This document shows, in pieces, positions 26,757 to 35,679 of a DNA stretch of 39,292 nucleotides. Made by a program: the position numbers and the translations under genes. The DNA lies in the NCBI GenBank assembly GCA_027080315.1, contig JALWSI010000222.1, positions 1 through 39,292 on the forward strand, given 5' to 3'. How positions within the stretch are numbered: the stretch's first letter is position 1; each line of letters begins with the position of its first letter. This DNA is from a bacterium. GTDB taxonomy: Bacteria > Thermosulfidibacterota > Thermosulfidibacteria > Thermosulfidibacterales > JALWSI01. Below the pieces are notes generated by a model. That model worked only from the letters and a program-made list of their open reading frames with translations, was not told the DNA's origin and ran no database searches.

Positions 26757-27387
26757 TGTACTCTTCCACCTCTCCTTTTACCAGGTATTTTATCCCCAAT
26801 CCCTCACCCAATCTACCTCTAATCATAGAAGAAGAGATACCTATCTGTGGAACCGGAGTCAAACGAAGGGTGTTTGAAGCCCCCTCAACCTCGCACCTCC
26901 AAACCCTACCCTCAATATGGTAGAACTCTACCTGGGGAAACCTGAGAGAGAGCACCTTTAGATACCTTTGTAGCTCTTCTGAGCTAACTTCAAAACCGGC
27001 CCTCTCCATAACCACTATGCTCGTCTGGCTCAGGACCCTGGGAGGTTGGTGCCAGGTGTGGATATTTAGAAAGGCCTCTGTGCCAATAATGAAGTGGAAC
27101 TCTCCTTTGTAGAGCCTTTTCAATTCCTCAAGGGTGTCAGCGGTGTAAGAAGGGCCATCTCTTTCTGCCTCAATCTCGCACAACTCAAAAGCGGGGTTAT
27201 CCTCTATGGCCAACGCCACCATCTTGCTCCTGTGGCGATATGAGAGCACCTCTCTCTTGTGGGGAGGAGAGGCAGAGGGAATGAAGAGAATCCTGTCTAA
27301 AGCCGCATCCTCAAGCACCCATTGGGCCACGATGAGATGGCCCATATGGATAGGATTAAAGGTGCCTCCAAAGAGTCCCAGCCTCAC
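26728..27387 (-). CDS. nadD: Nicotinate-nucleotide adenylyltransferase
   Basis: MRLGLFGGTFNPIHMGHL (the (H/T)xGH motif) plus a downstream ISSSMIR motif. GTG start in a GTGA overlap with the helicase stop. Confidence 0.92.
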   Translation of the reverse strand: MRLGLFGGTFNPIHMGHLIVAQWVLEDAALDRILFIPSASPPHKREVLSYRHRSKMVALAIEDNPAFELCEIEAERDGPSYTADTLEELKRLYKGEFHFIIGTEAFLNIHTWHQPPRVLSQTSIVVMERAGFEVSSEELQRYLKVLSLRFPQVEFYHIEGRVWRCEVEGASNTLRLTPVPQIGISSSMIRGRLGEGLGIKYLVKGEVEEYIGEHGLYRS

Positions 27388-29300
27388 AAAAGGTCCTCCC
27401 CGTAAACCACCTTGGAGTCCCTTGGCAAGGCCTCCAAAAAGAGCCTGCCGTAGGACTTCTTAACTATTCTGGGATCAAGCAGATAAACCCTGCCTCTGTC
27501 CTCTTCGGTGCGAATCAACCGGCCAATCCCCTGCTTAAAGAGAATAACCGCATCGGGAAGAGAGAAGTCAGAGAAGGGATTCATCCCCCTTGACTGCAAA
27601 AACCTGCTCATGGCCTTAACCATGGGCTCATCTGGAGACCTGAAGGGAAGCTTAACTATCACCAAACTCTTCAAAGAGTCCCCCGGCAGGTCAACCCCCT
27701 CCCAAAAGCTCGCCACTCCCAAAAGCACGCCTTGTGGGTCCTCTGCAAAGGCCCTCTGAAGGGCCTCTCTTGGCCCATCGCCCTGAATGTACCACGATAG
27801 ATGAGGAAACCTGGCTTTAAGTCTCTCCCCTAGCTGTCTCATGGTTGAGATGGCGGTGAAGAGACACATTGTGCCTCCTCCCTCCCTCTCCACGATTGAC
27901 TCAATAAGGCGGCATAGCTCATCTAAATAGCCCCTATCCCTTGGATCAGGAGCATCGGAGAAGAGCACCACCTCCATCTGCCTCCCCCAATCAAAGGGAG
28001 ACTCCACAACAAGCTCCTTGGCGTAGGCTGGAATCCCAAGGCTTCTCCTTAGATACCCAAAGGAGCCTCCTACCGTGAGGGTGGCAGAGGTAAGCACCAC
28101 CGCCTCCATAGAGCTAAAGAGCAACTCTGACAGTAGTTCCCCTACATCCACCCTGATGAGCCTGAACACGGGATGGATATCCTTTTCAGGAGGCTCAACC
28201 CACCTAACATCCCCTTCCCTCTTCGCCTCCACAAAGCCTTTCAGCCCATCCCTGAAGGAGACCACATCCTTCACCCCAAGCTCCAAGGAGAGACGGGCTG
28301 CAACCTCTGGCTCCATCTCCCTCAGCAACACCTCACTGGCCAGCACAGCCTTGTCCAAGTGGAATACTATCTCTTTCAACATCATCTCTATCTCTGGTGT
28401 AACCACCCTCTCCCACTCAACATTGGTCTCCTTCTTCTCCCACAGGGGAAGAAGCTCACGGGAAAGGTTTAGCACCTGCCCTCTCACCGGAGACAACCAC
28501 TGGATCACCTCTTCTTCCATATTGGCCAGAAGGCTCCGTTTTTTGGTTATTCCCTCCAGTACCTCTGAGAGTCTGCCAAGATCCACGTTGCAGCCCAACA
28601 CCTCCATGGCCACCCTCTCCAGTTTGTGGGCCTCATCAATCACCAGAACCTGGGGATGAGGCATAGAGGTGTTCTCTCCAGCGAGATGGCTCAAAAGGAT
28701 GTGATGGTTCACCACCACTACCTGAGACTTCACAGCCTGACGCACCATCTTAAAGTAGAAACACCTGCGGTTGTAAGGACAGCTGTTTCCAAGGCAGTAC
28801 TCTCCGCTGCTCCCCACAAGGTAAGAGAGGTTAAAGAAGGGAGATCTCTCCAAGTCTCCATCCTCTGTCTGCCTTGCCCACTCCATCACCTGGGCAAGCG
28901 TCTCCTTGTCCGCACCTCCTCGTCCTGCAGCCCAGTGAAGCTTAAAAAGGCATAGGTAATTCTGTCGCCCTTTGAAGAGGGTGGCCTTGAAGGGATGGGG
29001 TAGCACCTTTTGCAGCAAAGGCACCTCGTGATTCATGATCTGGTTCTGAAGGTTCTTGGTGGTGGTTGATATGATAACAGGGTCATCCCTATCCCAAGCC
29101 GCTTTAATTGCTCCAGCAAGATAGGCCAGGCTCTTGCCCGTTCCAGTGCCCGCCTCAATAACCGCCACTCCCCCTTCCTCAAAGGTCTCCAATATGACCT
29201 GGGCCATCTCCTCCTGCCCTTTTCTGTATTTGAAGCCCTCCCATCTCTGGGCCAGAAGGCCAGTAGAAGAAAATAGGCTCTCCCACTCAATATCCACCAT
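27384..29300 (-). CDS. DinG/XPD-family Fe-S ATP-dependent DNA helicase
   Basis: 638 aa. Walker A EAGTGTGKSLAY and DEAH box VLVIDEAHKL. Four-Cys Fe-S cluster pattern (NYLC ... EYCLGNSCPYNRRC). C-terminal helicase motifs GVASFWEGVDLPG and FKQGIGRLIR. Confidence 0.85.
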   Translation of the reverse strand: MVDIEWESLFSSTGLLAQRWEGFKYRKGQEEMAQVILETFEEGGVAVIEAGTGTGKSLAYLAGAIKAAWDRDDPVIISTTTKNLQNQIMNHEVPLLQKVLPHPFKATLFKGRQNYLCLFKLHWAAGRGGADKETLAQVMEWARQTEDGDLERSPFFNLSYLVGSSGEYCLGNSCPYNRRCFYFKMVRQAVKSQVVVVNHHILLSHLAGENTSMPHPQVLVIDEAHKLERVAMEVLGCNVDLGRLSEVLEGITKKRSLLANMEEEVIQWLSPVRGQVLNLSRELLPLWEKKETNVEWERVVTPEIEMMLKEIVFHLDKAVLASEVLLREMEPEVAARLSLELGVKDVVSFRDGLKGFVEAKREGDVRWVEPPEKDIHPVFRLIRVDVGELLSELLFSSMEAVVLTSATLTVGGSFGYLRRSLGIPAYAKELVVESPFDWGRQMEVVLFSDAPDPRDRGYLDELCRLIESIVEREGGGTMCLFTAISTMRQLGERLKARFPHLSWYIQGDGPREALQRAFAEDPQGVLLGVASFWEGVDLPGDSLKSLVIVKLPFRSPDEPMVKAMSRFLQSRGMNPFSDFSLPDAVILFKQGIGRLIRTEEDRGRVYLLDPRIVKKSYGRLFLEALPRDSKVVYGEDLL

Positions 29301-30322
29301 CAGCTTCCCCCGGCTGTAGGTGCCCAGAACTTCCTAAGTTTGGCAGCAATGATCTCTCTTTTTGTGATAGGCGTGAACATGGAGTAGAACTGTTCAACGC
29401 TGCAGGTGGCATTGCCAAGTATCTCTCTCCTCTTCTCAAGAAGCTCAGGTAGTGCAAGAAGACCATGAAGTTTTCCTTTGAAGTAAGGGCCCCATTGACC
29501 GAGTTTAACGCAAAAGTAGAAAAACATGGCCATCTCTCCCAAAAGATAGGGCAAGAAACACCTAAGGAGTATTGAAACAGGGAGGTTCTTAACCCTCACG
29601 AAGGTGGTGTTTCTCACAGTGTAGTAAACAGAAAGAGGGCTATTGTTCACTATTGAAGATCTAACCTTGTGATGGACCACAGCCTTGGGAGAGTACCACA
29701 CCTCCCATCCTCTCCACCACGCCCTCATAGAGAGGTCCATATCCTCCCAGATGAGAAAGAAGTCCTCATCAAAAAAGCCCACATCCTCTATGCACTCCCT
29801 CTTGTAAAGGGCGGCCCCTGCACAGCCCCCCACCACCCTCTCCTCTTGAGATCGGCAGGATGCAGGCTTACCCTCACCCATCTTAAACCCCTTGAGCACT
29901 GTGGAGAAACCGTCACCTGCGCTGTCTATTATCGCTTCTCCGTAAACAAGGAGCTTTGAAGCCACAATTCCACATCTGGGATGGCGCTTCATGGTCAAGA
30001 CCATCTCTTCCAACCACCGGGAGTCTGCAACTGCATCGTTATTCAAGAGGGCTATGAGATCCCCTTTGGAAACCTGAAAGCCAAGGTTGTTGGCCTTGGC
30101 AAACCCAAGGTTCTCTCCAGTGGGGATAACGGTTAGGGGCAACCTGCCGTCAAAGGAGTGAATCACCCCAAGGGAGTTATCGGTGGATCCGTTGTCAACA
30201 ACAACCACTTGAGCCGGAAGCATACTCTGGTTGGTGAGGCTCTCCAAACACTCTCCAATAACGGCCTCACCGCTCCAGTTCACCACTATTACGGTTATCT
30301 TAGGGGATTCCACAGGGCTCAT
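29300..30322 (-). CDS. Glycosyltransferase family 2 (GT-A, rhamnosyltransferase-like)
   Basis: ITVIVVNWSG...VVVVDNGSTDNS...GFAKANNLG...LLNNDAV motifs. I start at ATG 30322 (ATGA overlap with the upstream stop) rather than the track's 30367. Confidence 0.88.
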   Translation of the reverse strand: MSPVESPKITVIVVNWSGEAVIGECLESLTNQSMLPAQVVVVDNGSTDNSLGVIHSFDGRLPLTVIPTGENLGFAKANNLGFQVSKGDLIALLNNDAVADSRWLEEMVLTMKRHPRCGIVASKLLVYGEAIIDSAGDGFSTVLKGFKMGEGKPASCRSQEERVVGGCAGAALYKRECIEDVGFFDEDFFLIWEDMDLSMRAWWRGWEVWYSPKAVVHHKVRSSIVNNSPLSVYYTVRNTTFVRVKNLPVSILLRCFLPYLLGEMAMFFYFCVKLGQWGPYFKGKLHGLLALPELLEKRREILGNATCSVEQFYSMFTPITKREIIAAKLRKFWAPTAGGS

Positions 30323-31572
30323 TCCCGGGGAGTGGCAACAACATAATATCCAGGTGCCCTCAGGCACGATTCATCAACACCTGGCAGTATTCCCGCAAGC
30401 CTCTTAAGCTCATCCTCATACTTCTGAGGTAAAGGAGCAGGCTGGGGCTCCTGAACCAGCACCTCAAACCCCGCCTCTTCAAACATCTCCCTCAAGGTGG
30501 CCTTTGTGAAGAAACGGAGATGCTCTACACACAAAAGACCCACAGGCACATAGTCAAACCTTCCCTGAAGCATGGCCCTGATAATGGGATAGAATCCTGT
30601 GTTAGGCACAGAGACTATCACCCTTCCCTTTTCAGTCAGCCATCCCCTAACCTTTCTCAAGAATCCCCAAGGATCTCTAAGGTGTTCTAAAATGTCTCCC
30701 AGAACCACAAGATCAAAAATCCTGTTCCAGTTGGGGGTATCCAACTCCACATCCATCACCTCTACCCTGTCCAGCACCTTGGCGGCCTTAGAGGCAGACT
30801 CTTCAAGGATCTCTATTCCCCAAACCTCACATCCAAACCTGTTTTTCAAAAGCCTGCCGAACTCACCCTTGGCACAACCCACATCCAAAACCCGTTTGGG
30901 GGCAAAGGTGATAAACTTAAGCATATCCTCGCGACTGCTGCCGTAAAAGTCTGCAAAAAAGTGGACCAAGCCACCGGCGGCAACAATTCTTCCACCCTTA
31001 GCCACCGCCTTCAATATGTCCGCAAGGGGAAGCTCGTCTCTCAAACCTTGAAAGGAAGAGGCAGGCAGGGCGCCAATCAGGGGATTGAACTCCCCTTGAA
31101 CCTCTCTTCGCTCATGGCTCCAGCCCTTTCCAATCTCCTCAAGATCATTTGGGGTCCAATAGGCCACAGGGAGACCCTGAGAAGGAGGGAAAGAGGGCCC
31201 CATGGGAAGGGCCAGAGCCCCCCCCTCTTTCAAAGCCGACACTAAGGGCCTCCACCAAGAGGTGGAAAAACACGCCCGTCTTGTCAAAGAGATGACCAGA
31301 AACTCCACCCTATTATCCTCAACCACCCTCTTCAACTCAGCGGTGGAAGAGGCTTGGGGAAAAGAGAGGGAAACGGCTTTATCCCCTGCGCTCTTCTTAA
31401 AAGTGTCAAAAGAGAGCTTATCCAGCCATTCTCCAGGCATCCCACCCTCCCAGATCTCATCCTGGGGAAGGTAGGCCATGAGAATCGACTCTCCCTCCTC
31501 ACCTCGTATTAACCAGTACATTGCTCCTCCTTCCAACCCATCCCATAAAGGCCTATGAACAAATCTATCCAT
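30319..31572 (-). CDS. Two-domain protein: uncharacterised ~215-aa N-terminal domain plus C-terminal class I SAM-dependent methyltransferase
   Basis: The C-terminal half has SAM motif I RVLDVGCAKGEFG and a post-I acidic residue (WGIE), then VLGDILEHLRDPWGFLRKV, typical of the Methyltransf_11/23 type. No motif is recognised in the N-terminal half. Confidence 0.75.
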   Translation of the reverse strand: MDRFVHRPLWDGLEGGAMYWLIRGEEGESILMAYLPQDEIWEGGMPGEWLDKLSFDTFKKSAGDKAVSLSFPQASSTAELKRVVEDNRVEFLVISLTRRACFSTSWWRPLVSALKEGGALALPMGPSFPPSQGLPVAYWTPNDLEEIGKGWSHERREVQGEFNPLIGALPASSFQGLRDELPLADILKAVAKGGRIVAAGGLVHFFADFYGSSREDMLKFITFAPKRVLDVGCAKGEFGRLLKNRFGCEVWGIEILEESASKAAKVLDRVEVMDVELDTPNWNRIFDLVVLGDILEHLRDPWGFLRKVRGWLTEKGRVIVSVPNTGFYPIIRAMLQGRFDYVPVGLLCVEHLRFFTKATLREMFEEAGFEVLVQEPQPAPLPQKYEDELKRLAGILPGVDESCLRAPGYYVVATPRE

Positions 31573-31707
31573 CTACCCTAACAAAGTCCAACTACCATCT
31601 TGCAAATGCAAAAAGTGGGAATACCTTTTGCTTCCCTTGACAAAACCATGTGAAGAGATGTTCTTTCACAGTGGGAGTTCGTTAACCACCGTGCGAGGAG
31701 GAAAGCA

Positions 31708-33426
31708 TTGAACAGAGAGGAGCTTGAAGAGCAATACCTACCACCTAAGGAGCTATGGCCCGAGATAATCATACCTGAAGAGGTCCCTATGCCTCCAAAG
31801 GCCAACCTCGCCTACGCGCTCCTTGACAGGCACGTGGCAGCAGGCAAAGGGGATCAGGTCGCCGTTAAGGACCTTGGCACCTGCTACACCTACAGAGAGA
31901 TACAAGAGGGGTCACTGCGTATTGCTCATGGTCTCGTCAACTTAGGAATACGAAAAGGTCAAAGGGTCTCTTACATGCTCAACAACACCAAAGAGGCCAT
32001 TATGGTGAACTTCGCGCTTCAAAGAATAGGAGCAATAGTGGCTCCATCGTCCCCCTATTGGGATAAAGAGTCTCTGAGATTTATCCTTAACAACGTTGGG
32101 GTCTCCCTTTGCGTAGTCAGTTCAGAGTACCTCTCAAAGATTGAAGCGGTTAAAGACGAAGTGCCCACTTTGAAATGGATAATGGTGGTAGGAGACCACA
32201 AGATATGCAGAGAAAGAGGACACATCTGCTTTGACCAGATGTTAGATACCGAAGATAGCAGCTACTTTCTTGAAGAGATGGATCCTGAAGACATAGCAGC
32301 AGTCCTCCATACCTCGGGAACCACCGGCAAACCAAAGGGCTGTGTACACAAGATAAAGAGCGTGATCTCTGAGTGCTACTTGGTGAACAAGTACGTGTGG
32401 CGTCTTGTGGAGGGAGACGTGTTGGGTGGGTCTGCCCCTGTATGCTTAGCTGCAGGCTACGGAACCTTCTGCCTTATCCCATTCTGGGCAGGTTCAACCA
32501 TATCTCTGATACCCAAGTTCTCTCCAAAAAACCTGATAGAGGCCATTGAGCGAGATGGAGTCACGGTACTAACAGGCCTAACAAACACCTACAAGGCCCT
32601 TCTCAAACACCCGGGATGTACCGAAGAGAGTACAAGGCATCTACGCCTCTGCACAGCTGGGGGCAGCACCCTGGATCCTCCGGTGTACCGCTCGTGGTTG
32701 GAAAGGGTGGGAAGGCCCATCTACGAAGGACTGGGGGCCACAGAGATGCTACACCTTGTACTCTCCAACGCCGTCCACATGAGGCCAAAGGCTGGATCGG
32801 TGGGCTTCCCCATCCCCGGGTTTGATGTGAAGATCATAAACGAAAAGAACGAACCCTGCCCTCCTGGGGAAATGGGTAGAATGATCGCCAAGGGTCCCAC
32901 AGGGGTGATATACTGGAACGCCCACAGGGTCCCAGAGCTCTTAGAGAAACAGAAGAGAAATGTTGTTGATGGTTATACCTGCTTGGGCGACGTTATGACC
33001 AAGGTGCCAAGCGGCTACTACTACTTTGTGGCAAGGGTTAAAGACCTCATGCATAAAGAGGGAAAGACCATAGGGCCTCTTGAGATAGAGGAGTTACTCA
33101 TCACCCACCCCTACGTAGAGGACGCGGGGGTGATCTCTTTGCCCAAAGAGGAAAACAAAGAAGACGAAGAGATAGTGGCCTTTGTGGTGACAAAGTGGGG
33201 CGACAACCTACCCATGGAAAAGAGAAGAGAGATACGGCAGTTCTGCAAAGAGAACTTGGATGCAGAGTACAAGGTGCCCGATTGCATAGAAGGGGTGGCC
33301 TTCATCCCCCGCACCCCGGCAGGCAAACCCCTGCGTAACATATTGAGAAAATGGGAAATGGGGAAAAGGCTGGAGAGGCAGCGCAAAGCTGGCTACAAAA
33401 GTGGAAGTTCAGGAGGATGCTCCTGA
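31708..33426 (+). CDS. AMP-forming acyl-CoA/aryl-CoA ligase (adenylate-forming superfamily)
   Basis: 572 aa. AMP-binding core LHTSGTTGKPKGCVH, then YEGLGATE, GDV...DGYYYFVARVKDL and PRTPAGKPLR. TTG start at 31708 is preceded by GAGGAGG with 6 nt spacing. Confidence 0.85.
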   Translation: MNREELEEQYLPPKELWPEIIIPEEVPMPPKANLAYALLDRHVAAGKGDQVAVKDLGTCYTYREIQEGSLRIAHGLVNLGIRKGQRVSYMLNNTKEAIMVNFALQRIGAIVAPSSPYWDKESLRFILNNVGVSLCVVSSEYLSKIEAVKDEVPTLKWIMVVGDHKICRERGHICFDQMLDTEDSSYFLEEMDPEDIAAVLHTSGTTGKPKGCVHKIKSVISECYLVNKYVWRLVEGDVLGGSAPVCLAAGYGTFCLIPFWAGSTISLIPKFSPKNLIEAIERDGVTVLTGLTNTYKALLKHPGCTEESTRHLRLCTAGGSTLDPPVYRSWLERVGRPIYEGLGATEMLHLVLSNAVHMRPKAGSVGFPIPGFDVKIINEKNEPCPPGEMGRMIAKGPTGVIYWNAHRVPELLEKQKRNVVDGYTCLGDVMTKVPSGYYYFVARVKDLMHKEGKTIGPLEIEELLITHPYVEDAGVISLPKEENKEDEEIVAFVVTKWGDNLPMEKRREIRQFCKENLDAEYKVPDCIEGVAFIPRTPAGKPLRNILRKWEMGKRLERQRKAGYKSGSSGGCS

Positions 33427-33457
33427 GAAGGAACTTCAACTTTCGCCATTTCACCCC

Positions 33458-33487
33458 TTGACAGCCCCAACCAATACCTACTACATC
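33458..33487 (+). promoter_or_regulatory. Candidate promoter for the tRNA-Leu/tRNA-Pro pair
   Basis: Perfect -35 TTGACA (33458-33463), but only a weak -10 (TACTAC or TACATC at 15-18 nt spacing). It lies about 15-20 nt upstream of the tRNA-Leu 5' end. Confidence 0.3.
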
Positions 33488-33502
33488 ACAGCTCCAGCGT
33501 TG

Positions 33503-33589
33503 GCCGAAGTGGCGGAACTGGTAGACGCGCTATCTTGAGGGGGTAGTGGGCGTTTGCCCGTGCGGGTTCGAGTCCCGCCTTCGGCACCA
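33503..33589 (+). tRNA. tRNA-Leu (anticodon GAG), long variable arm, CCA encoded
   Basis: Acceptor GCCGAAG/CTTCGGC, anticodon arm CTATC-TTGAGGG-GGTAG, long variable arm TGGGCGTTTGCCCGT, T-arm GCGGG-TTCGAGT-CCCGC, then ACCA. Confidence 0.93.
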
Positions 33590-33594
33590 TCACT

Positions 33595-33671
33595 CGGGGC
33601 GTGGCGCAGTCTGGTAGCGCACTGGCATGGGGGGTCAGTGGTCGGCCGTTCGAATCGGCTCGCCCCGACCA
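33595..33671 (+). tRNA. tRNA-Pro (anticodon GGG), CCA encoded
   Basis: Acceptor CGGGGCG/CGCCCCG (C1-G72, typical of bacterial tRNA-Pro), anticodon arm CTGGC-ATGGGGG-GTCAG, T-arm GGCCG-TTCGAAT-CGGCT. It begins 5 nt after tRNA-Leu. Confidence 0.93.
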
Positions 33672-33703
33672 TTCTTCCCACTCCCAAGGGGAGGTTTTCT
33701 GAG

Positions 33704-34459
33704 ATGCTTATCCTTCTCACCAACGACGACGGTATCTGGGCTAAAGGCCTGAAGGTTCTTGAGCAATCCCTTTCAAGCTTCGGCACCTGCTGCGTAGTGG
33801 CCCCCGACCGAGAAAAAAGCGCAGCAAGCCACTCCGTCACCCTCCACCGCCCCCTACGGGTTGAGGAGGTAGCACCAAACAGGTTCGCGGTGGACGGCAC
33901 TCCCACCGACTGCGTGATCCTCGGGGTTCACAAGCTCGCAGGCAAGAAGCCCGATCTATTGGTCTCTGGGATAAACGACGGGGGAAACATGGGAGACGAT
34001 GTTAGCTACTCCGGCACAGTGTCCGCCGCCATTGAAGGCACCATTCTGGGAGTCCCCTCCATAGCGGTCTCTTTAGCCCGGGGAGAGCACCGCAACTTTG
34101 AGACCGCAGGAGAGGTGATCAAAAAGATAGTCCCCTTAGTGGCAGAGAACGGCCTTCCCAAAGACGCCCTTCTGAATGTGAATGTTCCAGACGTGGAGAG
34201 TTTTGAAGAGCTGAAGGGAGTCAGGTGGACCCGCCTGGGAAAGCTCTCCTACGTTGACACCTTAGCAGAGATGAAGGATCCCCGGGGCAAGACCTACTAC
34301 TGGGTGGGAGGCACCCCGGTCAGGGAAGATGAGAACGGGGCAGACACCGATCTGGTAGCCGTTGAAGAGGGATACGTCTCCATCACTCCAATAAGGCTTG
34401 ACCTAACCCATAACAGGGCCCTGAGAGAGCTCAGAGAAAGATGGAAGGTCTCTCTATGA
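33704..34459 (+). CDS. surE: 5'/3'-nucleotidase SurE
   Basis: [19 protein letters not shown]...[25 protein letters not shown] is the SurE signature. The true start is the internal ATG 33704; the 5' part of track ORF 33554.. reads through the tRNA genes. Confidence 0.93.
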   Translation: MLILLTNDDGIWAKGLKVLEQSLSSFGTCCVVAPDREKSAASHSVTLHRPLRVEEVAPNRFAVDGTPTDCVILGVHKLAGKKPDLLVSGINDGGNMGDDVSYSGTVSAAIEGTILGVPSIAVSLARGEHRNFETAGEVIKKIVPLVAENGLPKDALLNVNVPDVESFEELKGVRWTRLGKLSYVDTLAEMKDPRGKTYYWVGGTPVREDENGADTDLVAVEEGYVSITPIRLDLTHNRALRELRERWKVSL

Positions 34460-35109
34460 GGGAGAAGGAGAGGATAGAGAGAGCACGAAGAGAGATGGTG
34501 GACCTCATAAGGCGCCGGGGTGTCAGAGACGAAAGGGTATTACAGGCGATGTTAGAGGTTCCCCGCCATCTGTTTGTGCCCCTTCACCTTAGAGAGATGG
34601 CCTACGACGATACCCCCCTCTCCATAGGGAGCGGCCAGACCATCTCTCAGCCCTACATCGTAGCTCTTATGACAGAGGCTCTAATGCTTGACGGCACCGA
34701 GAAGGTGCTTGAGATAGGTACTGGGTCGGGATACCAAACCACCATACTTTCCCGTCTCTGCCGATGGGTTTACACCGTTGAGAGGCTTCCTGAGCTCTCC
34801 AAAAGGGCCCAAGAGTCTCTTAAAGGTTTGGGATGCAGAAACGTCTCATTCAAAGTAGGAGACGGCACCTTAGGATGGAGCGAACACGCCCCATACCAAG
34901 CCATAATGGTTACCGCGGGAGCACCAAAGGTACCAGAACCCCTTATTACTCAGCTTGCGGTGGGTGGTAGACTGGTCATTCCCGTGGGAAGTCAGTCTCA
35001 TCAGGAGCTGTTGAGGATCACCAAAGAGAATGATAAGGGGAAACTCCGGCGTGAGTCGCTGGGAGGGTGTATCTTCGTGCGTCTCATTGGGGAGGAGGGC
35101 TGGAATTAG
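34456..35109 (+). CDS. pcm: Protein-L-isoaspartate O-methyltransferase
   Basis: PRHLFVP...[28 protein letters not shown]...[16 protein letters not shown]...GGRLVIPVG are the canonical PCMT motifs. ATG 34456 is in an ATGA overlap with the surE stop. Confidence 0.93.
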   Translation: MREKERIERARREMVDLIRRRGVRDERVLQAMLEVPRHLFVPLHLREMAYDDTPLSIGSGQTISQPYIVALMTEALMLDGTEKVLEIGTGSGYQTTILSRLCRWVYTVERLPELSKRAQESLKGLGCRNVSFKVGDGTLGWSEHAPYQAIMVTAGAPKVPEPLITQLAVGGRLVIPVGSQSHQELLRITKENDKGKLRRESLGGCIFVRLIGEEGWN

Positions 35110-35136
35110 GGAAGGATCAAACGATCTATGGAGAGT

Positions 35137-35213
35137 CGGGGCGTAGCGCAGCCTGGTAGCGCACCAGCTTCGGGAGTTGGGTGTCGGCCGTTCGAATCGG
35201 CTCGCCCCGACCA
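35137..35213 (+). tRNA. tRNA-Pro (anticodon CGG), CCA encoded
   Basis: Acceptor CGGGGCG/CGCCCCG, anticodon arm CCAGC-TTCGGGA-GTTGG. The T-arm and 3' acceptor are identical to the tRNA-Pro(GGG) at 33595. Confidence 0.93.
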
Positions 35214-35241
35214 TTATTCCTCTCATTCAACCCATCCCACC

Positions 35242-35679
35242 ATGATAGGAGTGATTGGAGCAGCATCACCACCTCAGGAACTAAGGGAAGTGGCCTATCT
35301 CGTGGGAAAAGGCATAGCTCAAAGAGGGTGGATTCTTGTCTGTGGAGGACGCACCGGTGTTATGGAGGAGTCTGCAAAAGGGGCAAGGGATGCTGGAGGA
35401 ATCACCGTGGGAATCCTGCCTTCTGGATCCACCGAAGAAGCGAATCCTTACATTATGTGCCCCATAGCAACAAACATGGGCTCTGCCAGAAACGCTATTA
35501 TCATCTCTACCTCCAAGGCCCTTGTGGCCATCGGAGGAGGATACGGCACCCTGTCTGAGATAGCTTTGGCCCTTAAGGCAGGCAAAAACGTGATAGGTCT
35601 TAAGACCTGGGACGTTCCAGGGGTGGTAAAAGCAGCAGACATAGAACACGCCTTCAAGCTGCTGGAGGAGACGGTGTGA
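35242..35679 (+). CDS. TIGR00725-family protein (LOG/SLOG Rossmann-like, lysine-decarboxylase-like fold)
   Basis: 145 aa. MIGVIGAAS...LVCGGRTGVMEESAKGARDAGGITVGILP...ALVAIGGGYGTLSEIALAL matches the GGxxGxM and GGxGTxxE pattern of LOG-like proteins. The start is the internal ATG of track ORF 35128.., whose 5' part is the tRNA. Confidence 0.7.
   Translation: MIGVIGAASPPQELREVAYLVGKGIAQRGWILVCGGRTGVMEESAKGARDAGGITVGILPSGSTEEANPYIMCPIATNMGSARNAIIISTSKALVAIGGGYGTLSEIALALKAGKNVIGLKTWDVPGVVKAADIEHAFKLLEETV

Noticed and set aside
2537-29319. Many long ORFs lie antisense to, or out of frame with, the called genes. Examples: 3363..3953+ (196 aa), 3981..4466+, 8061..8597- (178 aa), 10604..11098+, 17103..17681+ (192 aa), 18157..18648+, 20228..20839+ (203 aa), 28075..28659+ (194 aa).
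   Set aside because: Each lies wholly inside a gene with strong family motifs on the other strand or in another frame. Their translations are low-complexity (Ser/Pro/Arg/Leu-rich) with no motifs, no SD and no operon logic. These are typical shadow ORFs of a purine-rich-codon genome.
31600-31632. A perfect palindrome TTGCA-AA-TGCAA (31600-31611) and a sigma54-like GG-N10-GC element (GGGAAT-N5-TTGCT, 31617-31632) in the divergent region upstream of the acyl-CoA ligase gene.
   Set aside because: A 5+5 palindrome is expected tens of times by chance in 39 kb. The -24 half matches only 3/6 of TGGCAC, and no enhancer-binding protein gene is nearby. This is not enough to call an operator or a sigma54 promoter.
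33681-33698. Small hairpin CTCCC-AAG-GGGAG followed by GTTTTCT, lying after tRNA-Pro(GGG). It could be a terminator.
   Set aside because: It has a 5-bp stem, a 3-nt loop and a short interrupted T-tract, so it is too weak to call as a terminator. Its 3' arm is the surE SD, so at most it modulates surE translation. It is mentioned under the surE-pcm finding instead.
33481-35226. Several ORFs cover the tRNA genes: 33481..33906-, the first 150 nt of 33554..34459+, 34870..35226-, and the first 114 nt of 35128..35679+. They include repeated peptides GASRFERPT and GRSNRLAP.
   Set aside because: The repeated peptides are simply translations of the shared tRNA-Pro T-arm and acceptor sequence. The real CDS starts (surE ATG 33704, TIGR00725 ATG 35242) lie downstream of the tRNAs.
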